Made by a program: the position numbers and the translations under genes. The notes below the pieces were generated by a model that worked only from the letters and a program-made list of their open reading frames with translations, was not told the DNA's origin and made no database searches. A DNA stretch of 64,000 nucleotides from Epiperipatus broadwayi (lineage: Eukaryota > Animalia > Onychophora): contig JAQFVV010000002.1 of NCBI GenBank assembly GCA_028023455.1, forward strand, positions 12,276,001 to 12,340,000, given 5' to 3'. This document shows positions 27,141 to 40,914 of the stretch, in pieces. Numbering within the stretch: the first letter of the stretch is position 1; each line of letters starts with the position of its first letter.

Positions 27141-27649
27141 GGATAAAGATATTACGCATATTTACTGACTAGCAACACTAAAGAAATGAATGAGTTATGA
27201 ATATCAGAACCATGACAAGCATGAATAAAAGTGTTTAGACAAAGTATTTGGTTATCTTTTCTACAAAAGTACCTGAACATTTATATTATTAATATTATTG
27301 ATTAAGAAAATAATATTTACATAGGAATATACCATTTAATTTTTGCAATTATAACTATCCCTGTTCACATCAAGCGATCACTTTGAGCAATTTTTCAGAC
27401 ACCAAAGTTGAGATATAGCAAAGGTTTACTAGACTATGTGTAAATTTAAACCCCCCCCACACACACACACACTGGGACTAATGTCACAAATTTAGTCTTG
27501 AAAACATATAAATATTGTTGACAAAAATATTCAATATTATAACCTGGTATATACAGATACACTCATAATATATCTAGCGAGAAATCATCTATAATAAAAT
27601 AAAAAGATTATCATTTCCCTTTTTAAAAAATACAGTTTCATTATATGAA

Positions 27650-30600
27650 TTGCCACTGTACATTAAGTAAATACAGCATCTGCCAACCTAGCACAGACAT
27701 CTACTATCAAGATGCATTGCCCCATTAATCACATTGTTCTTAAAAATAATTACACAGCCTAGTACAGCCTTCTTTCAGTTGTTTTGATTTTCATGATTGA
27801 ATGATTTCAACAGTCAAGTTATGTCTTTTTTATTCTACAATCAGTCATAATCCAAAAACATTATTGCCCTGCTGGCAGCAATAGTATGAGGACCATCATA
27901 CAGGTTTAAAAATAATCATCTTCAATCACCCCTTTCCATTCCTATCTTTTAAAACAACATTTTCTAACTTGTATCATTGTTATTGTTGAAATAACCATCA
28001 TTTGGATTCTTAAATATTCTAATCATTTTAGTTTCATGTTTGCTGTGTCTGTATGCTCAACACTTAGATCTTGCTGAATTGAATTGCAGCTTAGGATATC
28101 CACTACTATGCTCTTAGACCTTTTACAAAATTTGATCATATAGTTAAATTCCTGTAAAAATAAGAATTCAATAAACCAGAAATTCAAGGCTTTTATGATC
28201 TATGGCTATAATCATCTGATATCAAATAATCCAAATAATAATTGTCTAAGATTTTTTGAGATGACTATACCATCATTAAAGCCTCTTTTTGGTGACAGTA
28301 AAATTGCTTTCAGGAACTTTTAACAAACAACTTCTAAACTAGAAAATTCCAAATCTGGATTTGGTATAACTCCTAATCATTATTTCACTACTGTCTGTTT
28401 GGATGTTTTATTAAATCAGGGAATGCAAGTATTATCTGCTCCAAAATGCCTCCTTTTTATACTTTCAAAAACTTTATTATGCTCTGGAGTCTGCTTCCAA
28501 GGCACATCCTAAATCTCTCTCTCATAAAATTGGTTATAAAAATTGCACAATCCAAAAATGACCATATTTGTGATTTAGTTTTTCATGTTGTGAACTCCTT
28601 AATCACCTGAATCTTCTCTAGATGAAATTGAATATCCTGATTCCCAATAATATATCCTTAGAATGTGACTTCATCAGTGGCTAAAATAATTATCTTTAAG
28701 TTGATTTTAATACCCTTTCTATTACTCTCATAGAAAAACAACTTCAAATGCTGTATATTTTCATTCATTTTACAATTTGTTTGTTGTCAGGGATTAAGAT
28801 TTGATCCAGATATCTTAATAGGTCTGCATCATTGTTAATGAAACTAAAAGGCATTTAAAAATTGAAATAGCATGAACAGCCTTTATATCTAAATGCAATT
28901 ACAATGGTGATCTTCTGAAGGGAGTTTAATCTGCAAGGTTAAATCAAAGGTGGAAAAGATTTTTTTGCTTTTGAATCGTGTAACAACTTATGTATAGAAA
29001 GAGAATTATTATGGACAGATACTATTATTTTATTTAATGGATAGGTATCTAAACATAACCTTTATTTCCATAGAACTTCCAAGAACATCTTTTGAAATTA
29101 TTGTATCATATTGTTTACCAGTATTTTTAAAATTAAAAAGATACAATAGATGTTTTTTATTGAGTTCAAGCTATATCCAAATTTGTTTGGTAATCAACTT
29201 AGCTTTATGATTATTAGCTTTTGTTACTTCAAAGGTCTTTAAAAGTCATCTTTACTTTAGGATTTACTGATTCAATTTTAGTGTATGCATCTCAAATAAT
29301 AGATATCTGACTGCCAGAGTTCAAAAAGGCATCAATGACAATCCCTCCTAAAGTCAGATGAATTTATGAATAATTCTCATTTAGGCACATGAAATTTAGC
29401 AGTTTGTTAGTTTTTGTTCTTCCTTTTTTTAGTTACACTCAGCTATAGAAAGTAATATACTGGTGGTCTTTGTTGGTTCTCTCTATTTTTTTTTTTAATT
29501 CTAGTTCTATTTCCAGTTTGGACTACATATTTTGTTTTTAATTTCCATCTAACCAATGTCTTTATTAAGATCTCCATTTTTGATATTTCATTTAGGATAA
29601 AGCATTAGTATAATCTTAGTCACAAGTTTTCTCAGCTTGCTTGCTTGACTGACCATTATGCTGATATTCAACACTTTTAAGAGTTCAGCTAACTGCTTTA
29701 TAGTCTTGTTATTGGTTAAAATTATTTGTTTGATCTTGAAGAGCAGATTATGACAAACTATTTGTACAATCTGACCTTCAGTCATAGTATGATATCTAAG
29801 GTTCTTAACTTAGCTATCTGTCTTCTAAAGAACTGAGAGTTTCCCCTCTATGAATTATTTCAGCATTATATGATATTAGATAGTCTCTTGTCTCTCTCTC
29901 TGATCCAGAAATTATTTACAAATGTATCTTTAAAGCTATGACATGTGCATTTGCCAAATTAGAGAATCCCATCATGCTTGGGTTTTTTCTCAGTAAGCAA
30001 CTAAATACTAAAGTTAACTTACATTCTTCAGACATCAAAATTAGCTCTAAATTATCTAGATGGTCTATAACTGCTTTATGTGTATGACTTTTAAATATTC
30101 GAATTTTTAAAAACTGATTTATATTTGGGCTGGCTCTCCCAAACCTATTCAATTTCACATCTGTACTTCTGATTCTGCTGCTTCTATTTTCATTATAACC
30201 ATCCCTATAACTGTCTCTTTTTAGATCTTCTAATTTCAAGTTCATCACACCATTTTTTGCTCTGCTTCTATTTTACCAAGCTAATGTATAAAATCTTCCT
30301 TAATTTCCTTTATCTATTCTCTATTCACTTGCTGATTTTCTCACATCACTTTTTCACACTTAATTTTTAAATCATTTAGCTTTGTTACTACATCTTTTAT
30401 ATTTACTTGCACATCAATTACTGCTTTCTCATTATAACTGGGCTACCTATCTTTTCTGTCTTTCCATTACACACTCCTTATTTCTCTTTCAATTAACTAA
30501 ATTTTTGCTCATACTTTTGGGGAATATATTTGTTATACTCTTACTCTCTTCCTTTATTTTTTTGTGAATCTCTCTAATCATAAGACTCAACATCATTTTT

Positions 30601-30900
30601 TGTTGACATTCAATGATATTTTTGCTACATTTCATTTATAATATTATATTCTGCTGCATTTTCTATATGTCTTTTTTTCCTTTCATGTAATTCTGCAGCA
30701 CTTTTTTGTTGGCTTTCTTGTGAGTTCTGAAATTTGTCATCCACTTTTTATTGGCTTTCTATAATTAAATTAGTCAACATTTTCGCAACAAATATGAATG
30801 GCATTGCTTCTACAAGTTTAACATTAGTTTGTGCCAGCTTCACTTGCATCAATGTTTTCTTTCTTCTGGATTCTTGTTCCATTTTTTCTTTACTGATCTC
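27650..30900 (-). mobile_element. Decayed Ty3/Gypsy LTR-retrotransposon gag-pol
   Basis: Motifs in Gypsy order on the minus strand: coiled-coil gag-like region; protease IDAFLNSGSQISII (~29300-29337); RT KIFSTFDL (~28950), MPFSFINN (~28850), EVTF*GYII (~28660); RNase H TPEHNKVFESIK..ILAFPD (~28430-28495), IDHKSL (~28190), QEFNY (~28150). No LTRs recognised. Confidence 0.85.
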
Positions 30901-32929
30901 ATAATCATCTAATATATATCTATCTGTATGTATATATATATACATTTGTGTTTCTACATTATATATATATATTTATTGTAACCCCCTACTATTATATAAT
31001 TTCACTGATACATAATTCCGTGCACCAATTTTTACCACGAACATGCAACAATTCTCCAGAAGTATTCAAACCTTGTTGAACTTACATCCATGCCAATTTT
31101 AAAACTCTTTTATCTACATGACCCCCACTTTAATCACAACTTCCAAGTATCCTAACATTATTATCTACTACTTGAAATTAATTCTCTCATCTCCCATTCG
31201 AAATAACATTGTTTTCCTATTTCATAGCACTTATAAATATTATATATATATATATTATTCAAGTACATATATGTTGCAATATCACTAACATATATAATAA
31301 TAAAACCCTAATTTTCTTAGTGTGTACTTTATATGTATATATATTTTATTGAGTCACATGTTAAGAAGCCATTTATGTGCCAGTAACCTGGAGAAGTTTA
31401 TTTCCAATGTATAATATAGTTGATGACTGAAGCCAAATGGGTTATATTTCCCAAATCACCTCTTCAAAATCAACTCTAGGGATTCAAAATACGTTTTCCA
31501 TTCAGAAATAATTTCTTCTTATTTAAACTCAAGATAAAGGTGTAAATCTTTCCATGTAGCAAAAACCTTTCTGAGCAAAATAATCCTAACATCAACTCCT
31601 TCCAATCTTTACTCACATTCAGATATTTTCTCTGCTGTAAAGCAATTTCTCTAGTTTTATATCTACACTAAAATTATAATTGCTATTGTTAATGTTTAGA
31701 AAGAAATATGAGATATAAAAACAGACACTAACACTTGAATTTATAAAATTACTAAAAACAATTTATTTATATTACATAATTAAATCATACAAAGTAAAAT
31801 CATTCCAGAATGAAGTAGTAAAATTAGTGCACATTATAGAATTAAATAAAATTAGAATGCATAATAAATATATATTATAATGGCATGGGATAAGGAAGAG
31901 AGTCATGGTGGAGTGAACCTGGGGTGATGGCAAATCATCTCTCCTGAAAGTCAAAATATATTTCAAATAATTATTTCTAAATTATAATATTTTAAATTTA
32001 AGTAAGATATTAAAGTAATTACATTAAAGTAAGAGATATTAAAGTAATGTTTAATATCACAAAAGTAAATAAGTAATGTTATATATTCAAAGAGCATGAG
32101 ATCATGAAAAGTCTCTCAGAGATCAGCCCAGTCAACTCACTAGAGTAACTAAAGTATCATTAACCATAAATCCATCAGAATTATAAATAAGTGTAAGTAA
32201 GTATAAGTCCTACTCATTCATCATGAGTGAATGATTAACAATAAAAACAAATCAAGAGCTAATCTTGTGACTGGGTTTGAAATGAGTCTATATAGACCAG
32301 GCCAACTATTTAGCCTTTGCCAGCTTGGGCAATTATTTAAACATTAATTTGAATGTATAAAAATAAGTGCTAATCCATTAAAATACATAACCATAAAAGC
32401 AATAATACTAGAATATTAAAACATGCTGATCATCATCAATCCTCTGACACTTAGTACCATTAATGTACTGGTCATTATAAACTTAATTTCTAATAAGACT
32501 AAAATAAAATATAGTACATAGGTTTTAAAAAATATACTGTTAGTGCCAACTAGGATTCTTGGATGTACCTGGATTAATATACATCCTCCTTCCATATAAT
32601 ATATCATTATTCTTGAATCTAGCTCAGAGAATATAAGCTCTATAACTGTTACTGTGATCAAGAGATGATGTAACATAATACCCTAATAACAATTTAGAAT
32701 CAAGTTCACTGGAATAATTTTAATGATTGAATACAGTTTATTAATAATAATTTTAAAAAAATGAAATTAAAGTCTCTAGAATAAGGCTATATGCATATAA
32801 ATTATGCCTTCTAATTTTGATTAATTTATAATAAAAAACTATCACATTGTAATTTACAATATCTCCTAAAGTGTTTACATAAAATGCATATATATATATA
32901 TATCCACACAGAGGTGCATTATAACTTTA

Positions 32930-33470
32930 AAATGAACATATATGAATTGATATTTAATAAAAAATGATTAAAATTTACATATAGTGTTGATTAATATAAA
33001 AACAACATTCAGTTTATTACATTGTGATTTACATATATGTCCCAATGTATTTAATTAAAACACATTCAGATCACAGACATGTGACAATTTCTGAACATAT
33101 TTGAATTATCATTTAATAATAAAATAAATGATTAAGTTTTACATATAAGTGTCTATCTGACATGCATTGACATTTACATACCCAGACATATGGCATAATA
33201 ATTCCTGAACATATTTGACTTACCATAAAATAAAAATACATGATCAAAATTTTTATTATATTTTAATGATAAAATAAATATCTTATGCTAAGTTTACTTA
33301 AAACATATATGTAATTGCATATTATGCATGATATATTAATTTATTAACATAACATATTTGAATTGTTATAAAATAAATGATCAAAATTTGTCTATTAAAC
33401 ACATTGATATATATATATCCATAGACATGTGGCATAATAATTTCCACACATATTTGAATTTGTCAAAATA
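32930..33470. repeat. Degenerate tandem repeat
   Basis: Motif CAGACATRTGGCATAATAATTYCTGAACATATTTGAATT...AAAATAAATGAT recurs 4-5 times at irregular ~115-160 bp spacing. Confidence 0.6.
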
Positions 33471-34949
33471 ATAAAATTTTTAATACCTTTCACAATTAAG
33501 TCCATTTTGAATATACATAAATTTCATTGCTTTAATAATAAAGACTTTTCCCTTCTCTTTTTAAAAAATAAAATCAGTCTTGACAGGATTATTGTTGATG
33601 AATTAATTACAACTATCCTTAAAATTTAGATTTTAAATGTTTCTCTTTTTTTCTTCAACAAACAATTTAAAATATCATTCTGTCTATATATATATCACTA
33701 TTACAGGTCATTCTTAATTATAACATCTTTAAATTTAAAATACAAAGTTTAAAATATCATTTTTAGTAAAGAAATTTATTTAAAATTGCATTTTCATTAT
33801 ATATAATGCAACTAACCATATACATTTATTTGTGCTTCTCTGTAGCATATGTATAAACTAATTCTTCAGCAAGCTGAGGAATTCTCTTAGTGAAACTGGT
33901 ATAGTCCAGAAATCATCAGAAAAAGTATAATCAGGTAACTGTAGTAATCCCCTTCTGGCAAGTATTGGATATACTTCAGGCAAGCAAACTGTCTTCTAAA
34001 ATACATTTGTAGCTATAAAACATTTGAAATTGACCCTTTTCTCCATGTGAATTCAAACCCTATCATCATGAACTATAGAGCAGCTTTTGGACTTTCCCTC
34101 AGTCTTATAACTCCATAGTAGTTTTCTGTCCTGATCTGGATTACTTTGCTAGATAGCTATTTACTGTCAACTGCCTCTCAAAAAAATTACTAGCCAAACT
34201 AAACTAAACTTATGAACTATTTTATAGTCCACTGGGGTGACAAAAACACATTAATAGAAAACTGTTTTATCTCTAATCCTTTTGAGAACCTTGAATTTTA
34301 TCAACATGCAATCTAAAAAGTTTTCAAAATAGATAGTAGAATGTATACAAGCATTAATTCAAAGATTTCAAAGATAGATAATAGAAATGTTTACAATTAT
34401 CAGTAGACATTTTAGCATCAAACATGCTTGTTTTTAATTTCAAAATCAGAATACAATATTAACATTTTAGACCTTTTTAAATATTTTATAATAAAATATC
34501 TTAAATTCAAAATTATTTAATCCCTGATTATTATTCCAGATGTATGTATATCTGACCAAATCAGTGTTAAGTTAGTTAATTTATGAGTCTTGTGTTCCAC
34601 CCTGTGTGACTACCAGACTGAGGTTAAAGTGAATGTCTGTGTAGCTTAGGAAATGTCATCCATATGATATTAGATCATTGAGAAGAGATAAAAAGATTAA
34701 ATGTTGGCCGAATTCTGGATCCCAGCATCCATATTCCATCAGCTTTAGTGTATTTTGCCTGTGTTCTAGATTTTGTTACGTGGAGGGTCAATTCTTACTG
34801 TTACAATATATATTTTATTTTTATATAATTCTAAATTACTTTTTTATTTATATTCATTTTTCATAACACTATTTATTTTTTCTGACCAATTTATTTATCC
34901 TTCATTTCCCACTTTTTATAATTATATATCAATAACATATGCTCATGCA

Positions 34950-36250
34950 ATGCAATAATCAATGCATGAATTCTTCATTGAAGTCAAAAAACTCCTGAGC
35001 CAATAAACTCAAAGAACCTGTTAACCATCATATTTCTTTCTTTATCATTCTGTAACTCATATAATACCGCTAAAATGTCAAATCTATTTACATTATATCT
35101 CAGTGACATAGTATTATCTTTATCAATTTGATAAGTTTGGTTTAAAGCCATTCTTATCACTTTGACATAAAAGCTAAAATTGAATTTTGTATATTCATTT
35201 AAACTATATTATTCCATAAATTCATTACTAAATCCATTCTGATCACATCTACACTCTAATAAACAGCTAATATTTTTCATACTATCATTACAGAGTTTGT
35301 AAACCAAATCTCTCAAATCATTTCATTTATAAATGGTTTTTCTTGGAGCTAGTGCAATAGATTGTTTTTCTCATTGTTGCTATAAAATGATTTCCTTGAT
35401 ATTCTGTTTATTTCTATATATATATAAACTCTTATTTCCATATCTTTTTTTCCATCTTTCTAATTGTCTGCCTTTTATTAGTGATAATATCCTCCTGGTA
35501 TAACTGTAACAATTAATAATCCTCATAAAAATATTCATCTCAATATTTATACAAATAAATTTATTTAAAATCTTTATGTCTAATTCTTTAGCATCTCCTA
35601 ATATCTTCTTTTATCCATATTGTCATTTGTTCTTTCCTACTCATCAGTTAAAAACTAATTTAACTATTCTAATATTAGTTATAACTGAGATTTACCAAAC
35701 TTTTTGTTTAATTTTTGCATTCTTCTGTTTTCACTTGAAGAATATCTAATATACAAAGACAAACCTGTTACTACAATTCCCTTTCAACTAATTCTTGCTA
35801 CACCATACATATTATATTAAAACTGTTATTTTTTTAATCAGTCCTATTTTCTTATTTAACCATTTATCAATTTTATTTCCCAATTATTCAAATAATCTTT
35901 TTGGTTATTTAAAATGATTTTTATTACCATTACTTATCTCCACTAAATTTAATCCCCAATTCATTATACATTTTCCCAAAAGTCTACAAATTTATTTCCA
36001 TATCATCTATATTTTGTGTATACACAAATATATTATTACCACAGCAAATATCCAGTCAATATACAATCTTTTATCATGAAAATGTTTTAATATTACGTCC
36101 TAATCATACTGCCAACTCCACTTCTTTCAAAGATATCTTTACCCCAGTTAACAATAGATCTTTACATTAGAGTTAGCCATAGTAATCATCATCAATTTGT
36201 GTCCAATATTTTGACTTACAAACAGTTATTCACTACAATGATATTTATTT
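34950..36250 (-). mobile_element. Decayed RTE/CR1-like LINE endonuclease region
   Basis: Minus frame IVNWGKDIFERSGVGSMIR (~36100-36160) and IGD*N (~35950) resemble APE motifs. Confidence 0.4.
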
Positions 36251-36789
36251 TAAAAAATTAGAATTTTTTTTATTAAAAACAATGATTATTTTGTAAGATT
36301 GATGGCATCATAAAAGAGTTACTTCATTAGAGTTACTACAACTGATGATAAAATTTATGCTAAAAATGAACAGTACAGTACAGAGTTGATTCGTTATACA
36401 GTATACAATATTGTTTTAATTATAGAATTAAAATAAAATTAATATATTTTATCTGATAAACATAGTGTCCTTCCAAGTCAATATCCCATGCAAAAAAGAT
36501 TTTCATTATTAATGATTACAAAAGCAAAAAGATGCCAGTTTTATTCAATATAGTTAGTAATCAAAAATATACTTTGACTATTTACAACAACAAAGTAAAC
36601 TTTAGGTAACATATATTAACTTTATCAATTTTATAGATTAAAATTCTTATGAATATTATTTTGTTTGCATGAAAAAATACATCAATCATAATTGTAAAAT
36701 ATACTCAACGTAATTGTCATTCTACAAATATTTACTGCTTTTCTTCTATTACATTGTAATCTTATCATAAGCATTTTACTGTCTCATAA

Positions 36790-37190
36790 AGAAAATATTA
36801 CTTGTTTTAAACTTTCAATATATAGCAAAGCATGCTTTCGACAGTCAGTCAAATTCATAGTGTTCAAAATCACTAGGTCTTATGCAAATTTATAAATTTA
36901 CATATTCCACTTTTTAGACAAAGCAACACAAGAATCTTTTTCGTTAAATGCATGGGAGTTGTTAGCAATGAACCACACACTTCTTTGATCTTACCCTTTC
37001 AATCACTGCATTCACACATACTACATTAACATTTTGTAGGTCAAAGCTATGGCCAAAGTTTATTTCATGCTCAGAAACACTAGAATCAGTTTTTATGCAG
37101 TTGTAGAGATATCAGTGATGTGCCAATCTTGGAGTAAAATTAGCATACTACTCCCCATAATAAACTGCATTGTAAGTGGAATTGTTGCAG
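36790..37190 (-). pseudogene. Penelope-like element GIY-YIG endonuclease C-terminus plus pLTR remnant
   Basis: AVYYGE*YANFTPRLAHH...SSVSEHEINFGHSFDL...KIKE..WFIANNSHAFNEKDSCVALSKKWNM* (stop 36898-36900). Confidence 0.8.
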
Positions 37191-37369
37191 TCATTTTCAA
37201 ACCTCTTCCAACCTAAATAAGCTTATCCAAACCAAGCCCATCAGATTGTTTTTATAAAATTAACTGCAATGGTTTTGCTTGCAATATGAGTAATCATGTG
37301 CTAATATTGCCATAAGATTAGGACACTATAGATACCATTACAACCATATGAAAAACAATCCTAGCATTA

Positions 37370-37650
37370 AGGCAATGTTCTGTGAGAATGAGATAAACTC
37401 TGACCATACCTTCAACCTATAAACTATTAATGTAATGTGTGCTAAATATGATGATTGAAAGAGGAAGATCAAAGAGGCATGGTTCATCATTGCTAATGAC
37501 TCCCACATGATCAACAAAAGTATTCATATTATAAACTCATCATAAACTCTAGCTGAATTTGAATACAATGAATTTGACTGACTAGGCTGAAAGCATGCTC
37601 AGCTATGTATTGAAAGTTTAAAACAAAATAATCCTTTCTAAACAAGCAAT
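37370..37650 (+). pseudogene. Second Penelope GIY-YIG 3' remnant, inverted relative to the first
   Basis: ENEINSDHTFNL...KRKIKEAWFII (37462-37491). Downstream DNA aligns with the reverse complement of 36790-36990. Confidence 0.75.
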
Positions 37651-38430
37651 GTAAGTGTAAATTACCTTAAGATGGGGAGGGAGAGAAAATGATTTTGTGC
37701 ATTATGCATTTAATAGTCTACTTTATATGATCAAAGGTTACTAAATATAATTTAAAAACATCATTTACTTATCTCAGTTTTAAATCAATAATAATTTTGT
37801 TTCCAGATAATGGTTCTTGTCTAAATATAAAAAAATATACCATTACTACATCAGAAAAAAAAAATTGATCATTATTAACATTATTAAAACTTCAGCACTC
37901 AACTGTACATTAAATCTTTTATCAATTTTTTTTTATTTAATTTCATTGCATTTATGTAAAATAAACTCACAAAATGTTTTTTTTTTTAAATTAGCAGTAG
38001 TGCAAAAAAAATTCTACATTTTATTGGTTAGCTATCACAAAAATAAAATTTGCTGAAAGAACATAATATGCATCAAAAATAAATTTTAAAATAGACACCA
38101 AAAAGTATGGATGTTGAACTGAGTTCAGATCTATACAAGCTAATTTTGGACTGAAAGCTTTATAGTTAGATAATAAAGTAAAAGGTGGCTGCTGAAGGGT
38201 TGCATTAAATCCTAAGATCTAGATACAGTACTCTCAAAACAAAGACTCCTTGCTGATAAAAAACCACAAGCTAAAAACTAGTCTGGGGTTATTGTATGAG
38301 TAGGCACCAGATAGGGATTTTATGCACAAACTTTCCTGCATCCATTGACAACTCTGGCTTGCACTAAGTGGCACTACTATATGAAGAGTTTTGCCTTTGT
38401 ATTTTACTAAGGAATTATTTTCTCCCATAT

Positions 38431-39554
38431 CCGTAAATTATGTATTGTTATGTAGGATTTGAAAACTTCTTTTAATAGACTTATTTCTCCTTAAGATAGA
38501 TAGCTAGTGCTCCATTTGTAATGACCCATTCCCTCTTTATAAACACTAGGATAATGATGGTGTTGGACTTTAATTTAAAGCTTATTTACATATTGCTTTT
38601 CTTAAATGCATATTTGGATTTTGAAGATTCAATTCCATAGCTGGCATACTATTGGCCCAGAACCGCCCCAAACTTTTTCCATATTCTTCTTAGGCATGTA
38701 TTTTAGACACTGATTGAAATATTTATCCCATTCCTTATCCAGTTTCTTAATCCAGTTAGACTTTTTATTATCGAAGATCATTGAACATCTTATTGACCAT
38801 ATTGTTTTTAGTGTATTTATCACTATCATTGCATTATGCGGGCTGAAATTTTTAATATGTTTTATCATTATATTTTTTAAGTTTAAAATTGCATCATGAA
38901 AAACTCGGTTTCTAATTTGCCGAAAGACCTTGCATTCTTCAAACAAATGTAAGAAGGTTTTTTCGCTATCTCTACAGAATATACATGCAGATTCTAAGTT
39001 CACATGCAGTCTTCTATTCAGATAAATGTTGTCAGAAAAATCCTATTTACCAACCTGAACATGAATTTAATGTAAGACTGGGGGGGGGGGGCACATATTG
39101 ATTGTAAATCTCTCAAAACAGTTTATTGATATGCTAGGCTAGACATCTTCTTGACATTTGACACCTTTTTTTAAGTCCCTATATCTAAGTCCTTCTAAGC
39201 TACTTACATCCAGGTCATCTTGTAGATCCTTGTAAGCTATCAACAAATCAGTTAAAAAGGATTTTTCTTTCCTCATCTCTTTGTAGATTTTTATATCAGC
39301 CATAGGTAGGTCGAAGCAGTTACTTTTAATTACATTCATGTATGTTTTGACTTTAATAAAAGGGAAAGGATGGAGAAAGACAAAAGGAAAAGAAAAGTTG
39401 AAAGAGAGAGAAAAAGGCAAGAAAAGGTAAAGAAAAGAGGAAGAAAAAAAGTGAAGAGAAAAAAAATTAACATGTAATTATTTCTTTTTTTATATATATG
39501 TAATGTATATAGATTGTGTGCATTTTTAATAAAGACCTTACTTAAAATAAAAAA
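38431..39554. mobile_element. 5'-truncated L1/Tx1-clade fragment, probably 5'-inverted
   Basis: Minus ORF with CIFCRDSEKTFLHLFEEC and IWSIRCSMIF (zf-RVT end), stop at 38629. Plus-strand polypurine tract, AATAAA and A-run at 39360-39554. Flanking 11/12 direct repeat (38419-38430, 39555-39566). Confidence 0.75.
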
Positions 39555-40835
39555 TTTCTTCCATATGAACTCATTGTAATTTCTAATTTTTTTTTTGTGA
39601 GTGAAAAAATTATTACATGCTAATAGTACTTAATACATAAAAAGTATAATTGTAACATATTTTTTATCTGATTGGGAGTAAAAACAACAATATTACTTAT
39701 AACTAAAGTAAAAAAAGTGGAGTGGTTGTAAAAGCACATTAGAAGTAAAAATTCATTTTTAGACTTCCAATGGATATATAAATAATTCACAAAACAACTT
39801 TCATTAGCAATGTTTTATGATAAATAAATAAAAAAATCAAAATTATTATTTAAATAAGACATTTATTTTATATAGCGCTATGTTTTTATAAACTGTAATA
39901 TTAATAAGTCAATAATAGTTAAATCTACAAAGCGCATGTGCATTAGCTTATTGGCTTATTAATATTAAAGATATTATTACAAATACTTTATAATATGGGT
40001 GTGCATATATTTTTGCAGAGGAGATGTTTAAAAAAATTACACATTAAAAAAGTAATAGTGAATAATATTAAGCTAAACATCTGCTATGAAGTTAATCACA
40101 TGATATTCTTACAAGGATGTTTGAAAAAGTTACATACAATAAATAATCTATTATAAGAGTAGAAATTTGAGTGAAAATACCATAAGCTGTAAAATAACTC
40201 CAAATATCAAATTAATTATTTTATTAAAAAATTTACAAAAAAAAAAATACAACAATAATTATACTAATCTTGGGTATCTTAATCCTCCAAATAATTTTAT
40301 GGGTTTTAGAATATAAAAATTAGATATCTAATTATTTACTGGTAGTGGATTGTTAACTAGGTTGACTATAGTAAATAAAAATTCAGTTTTTTAAAAATTT
40401 GTCTATCACCTAAAAAAATCTTAATTCTAGTCATAACTTGAATATGAAAGACAAACACACTAACAACTTTACCAGGATATGAATGTATATACTGTATATA
40501 TTAACTAAATGCATAAAACTAATCTAGAAATTATAATCAATTAAACAATCCTCCAACATACATGTACACACTAATTTTGAAGTCTCTAGTCCAATAATGA
40601 TTGTTTAAGCTGAGTATTTGGTGATTTATTGTTATTTGTTAATAATCTGCTCACCATATTAATGCAATGAAAGAAATATTTCACATTTTGTCTATTTCTT
40701 TGGTTGCATTGGTAATGCCTAAATATTTATCATGGATTTTATTAAACAATTATTTGGATAGAACTTTTAAAATTAATGCAGTGTTGTTGACTTTATATAT
40801 ATTTATAACTCTTTTTTTTTTCCTCATGTATCATA

Positions 40836-40914
40836 GCATCGGCTGGGAAGTGAACCCGCTAACCCGGGACAACTGCTTATAAGGCACCCATGCTGACCTC
40901 TCAACCACCAACGC
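40836..40914 (-). pseudogene. tRNA-Gly(TCC)-derived pseudogene or SINE head
   Basis: GCGTTGGTGGTTGAGAGGTCAGCATGGGTGCCTTATAAGCAGTTGTCCCGGGTT[AGCGGGTT]CACTTCCCAGCCGATGC follows the metazoan Gly-TCC sequence as I recall it. Anticodon position reads TAT, there is an 8-nt duplication in the T-arm, and an A-run lies ~13 nt downstream. Confidence 0.7.

Noticed and set aside
30977-31100. TGTAAC... as a Gypsy LTR boundary
   Set aside because: No PBS, PPT or second LTR copy found.
33874-33906. CTGAGGA...GAAAC...GTC hammerhead-like core
   Set aside because: Stem I does not pair, stem II is weak, and there is no TSD or repeat context; likely chance.
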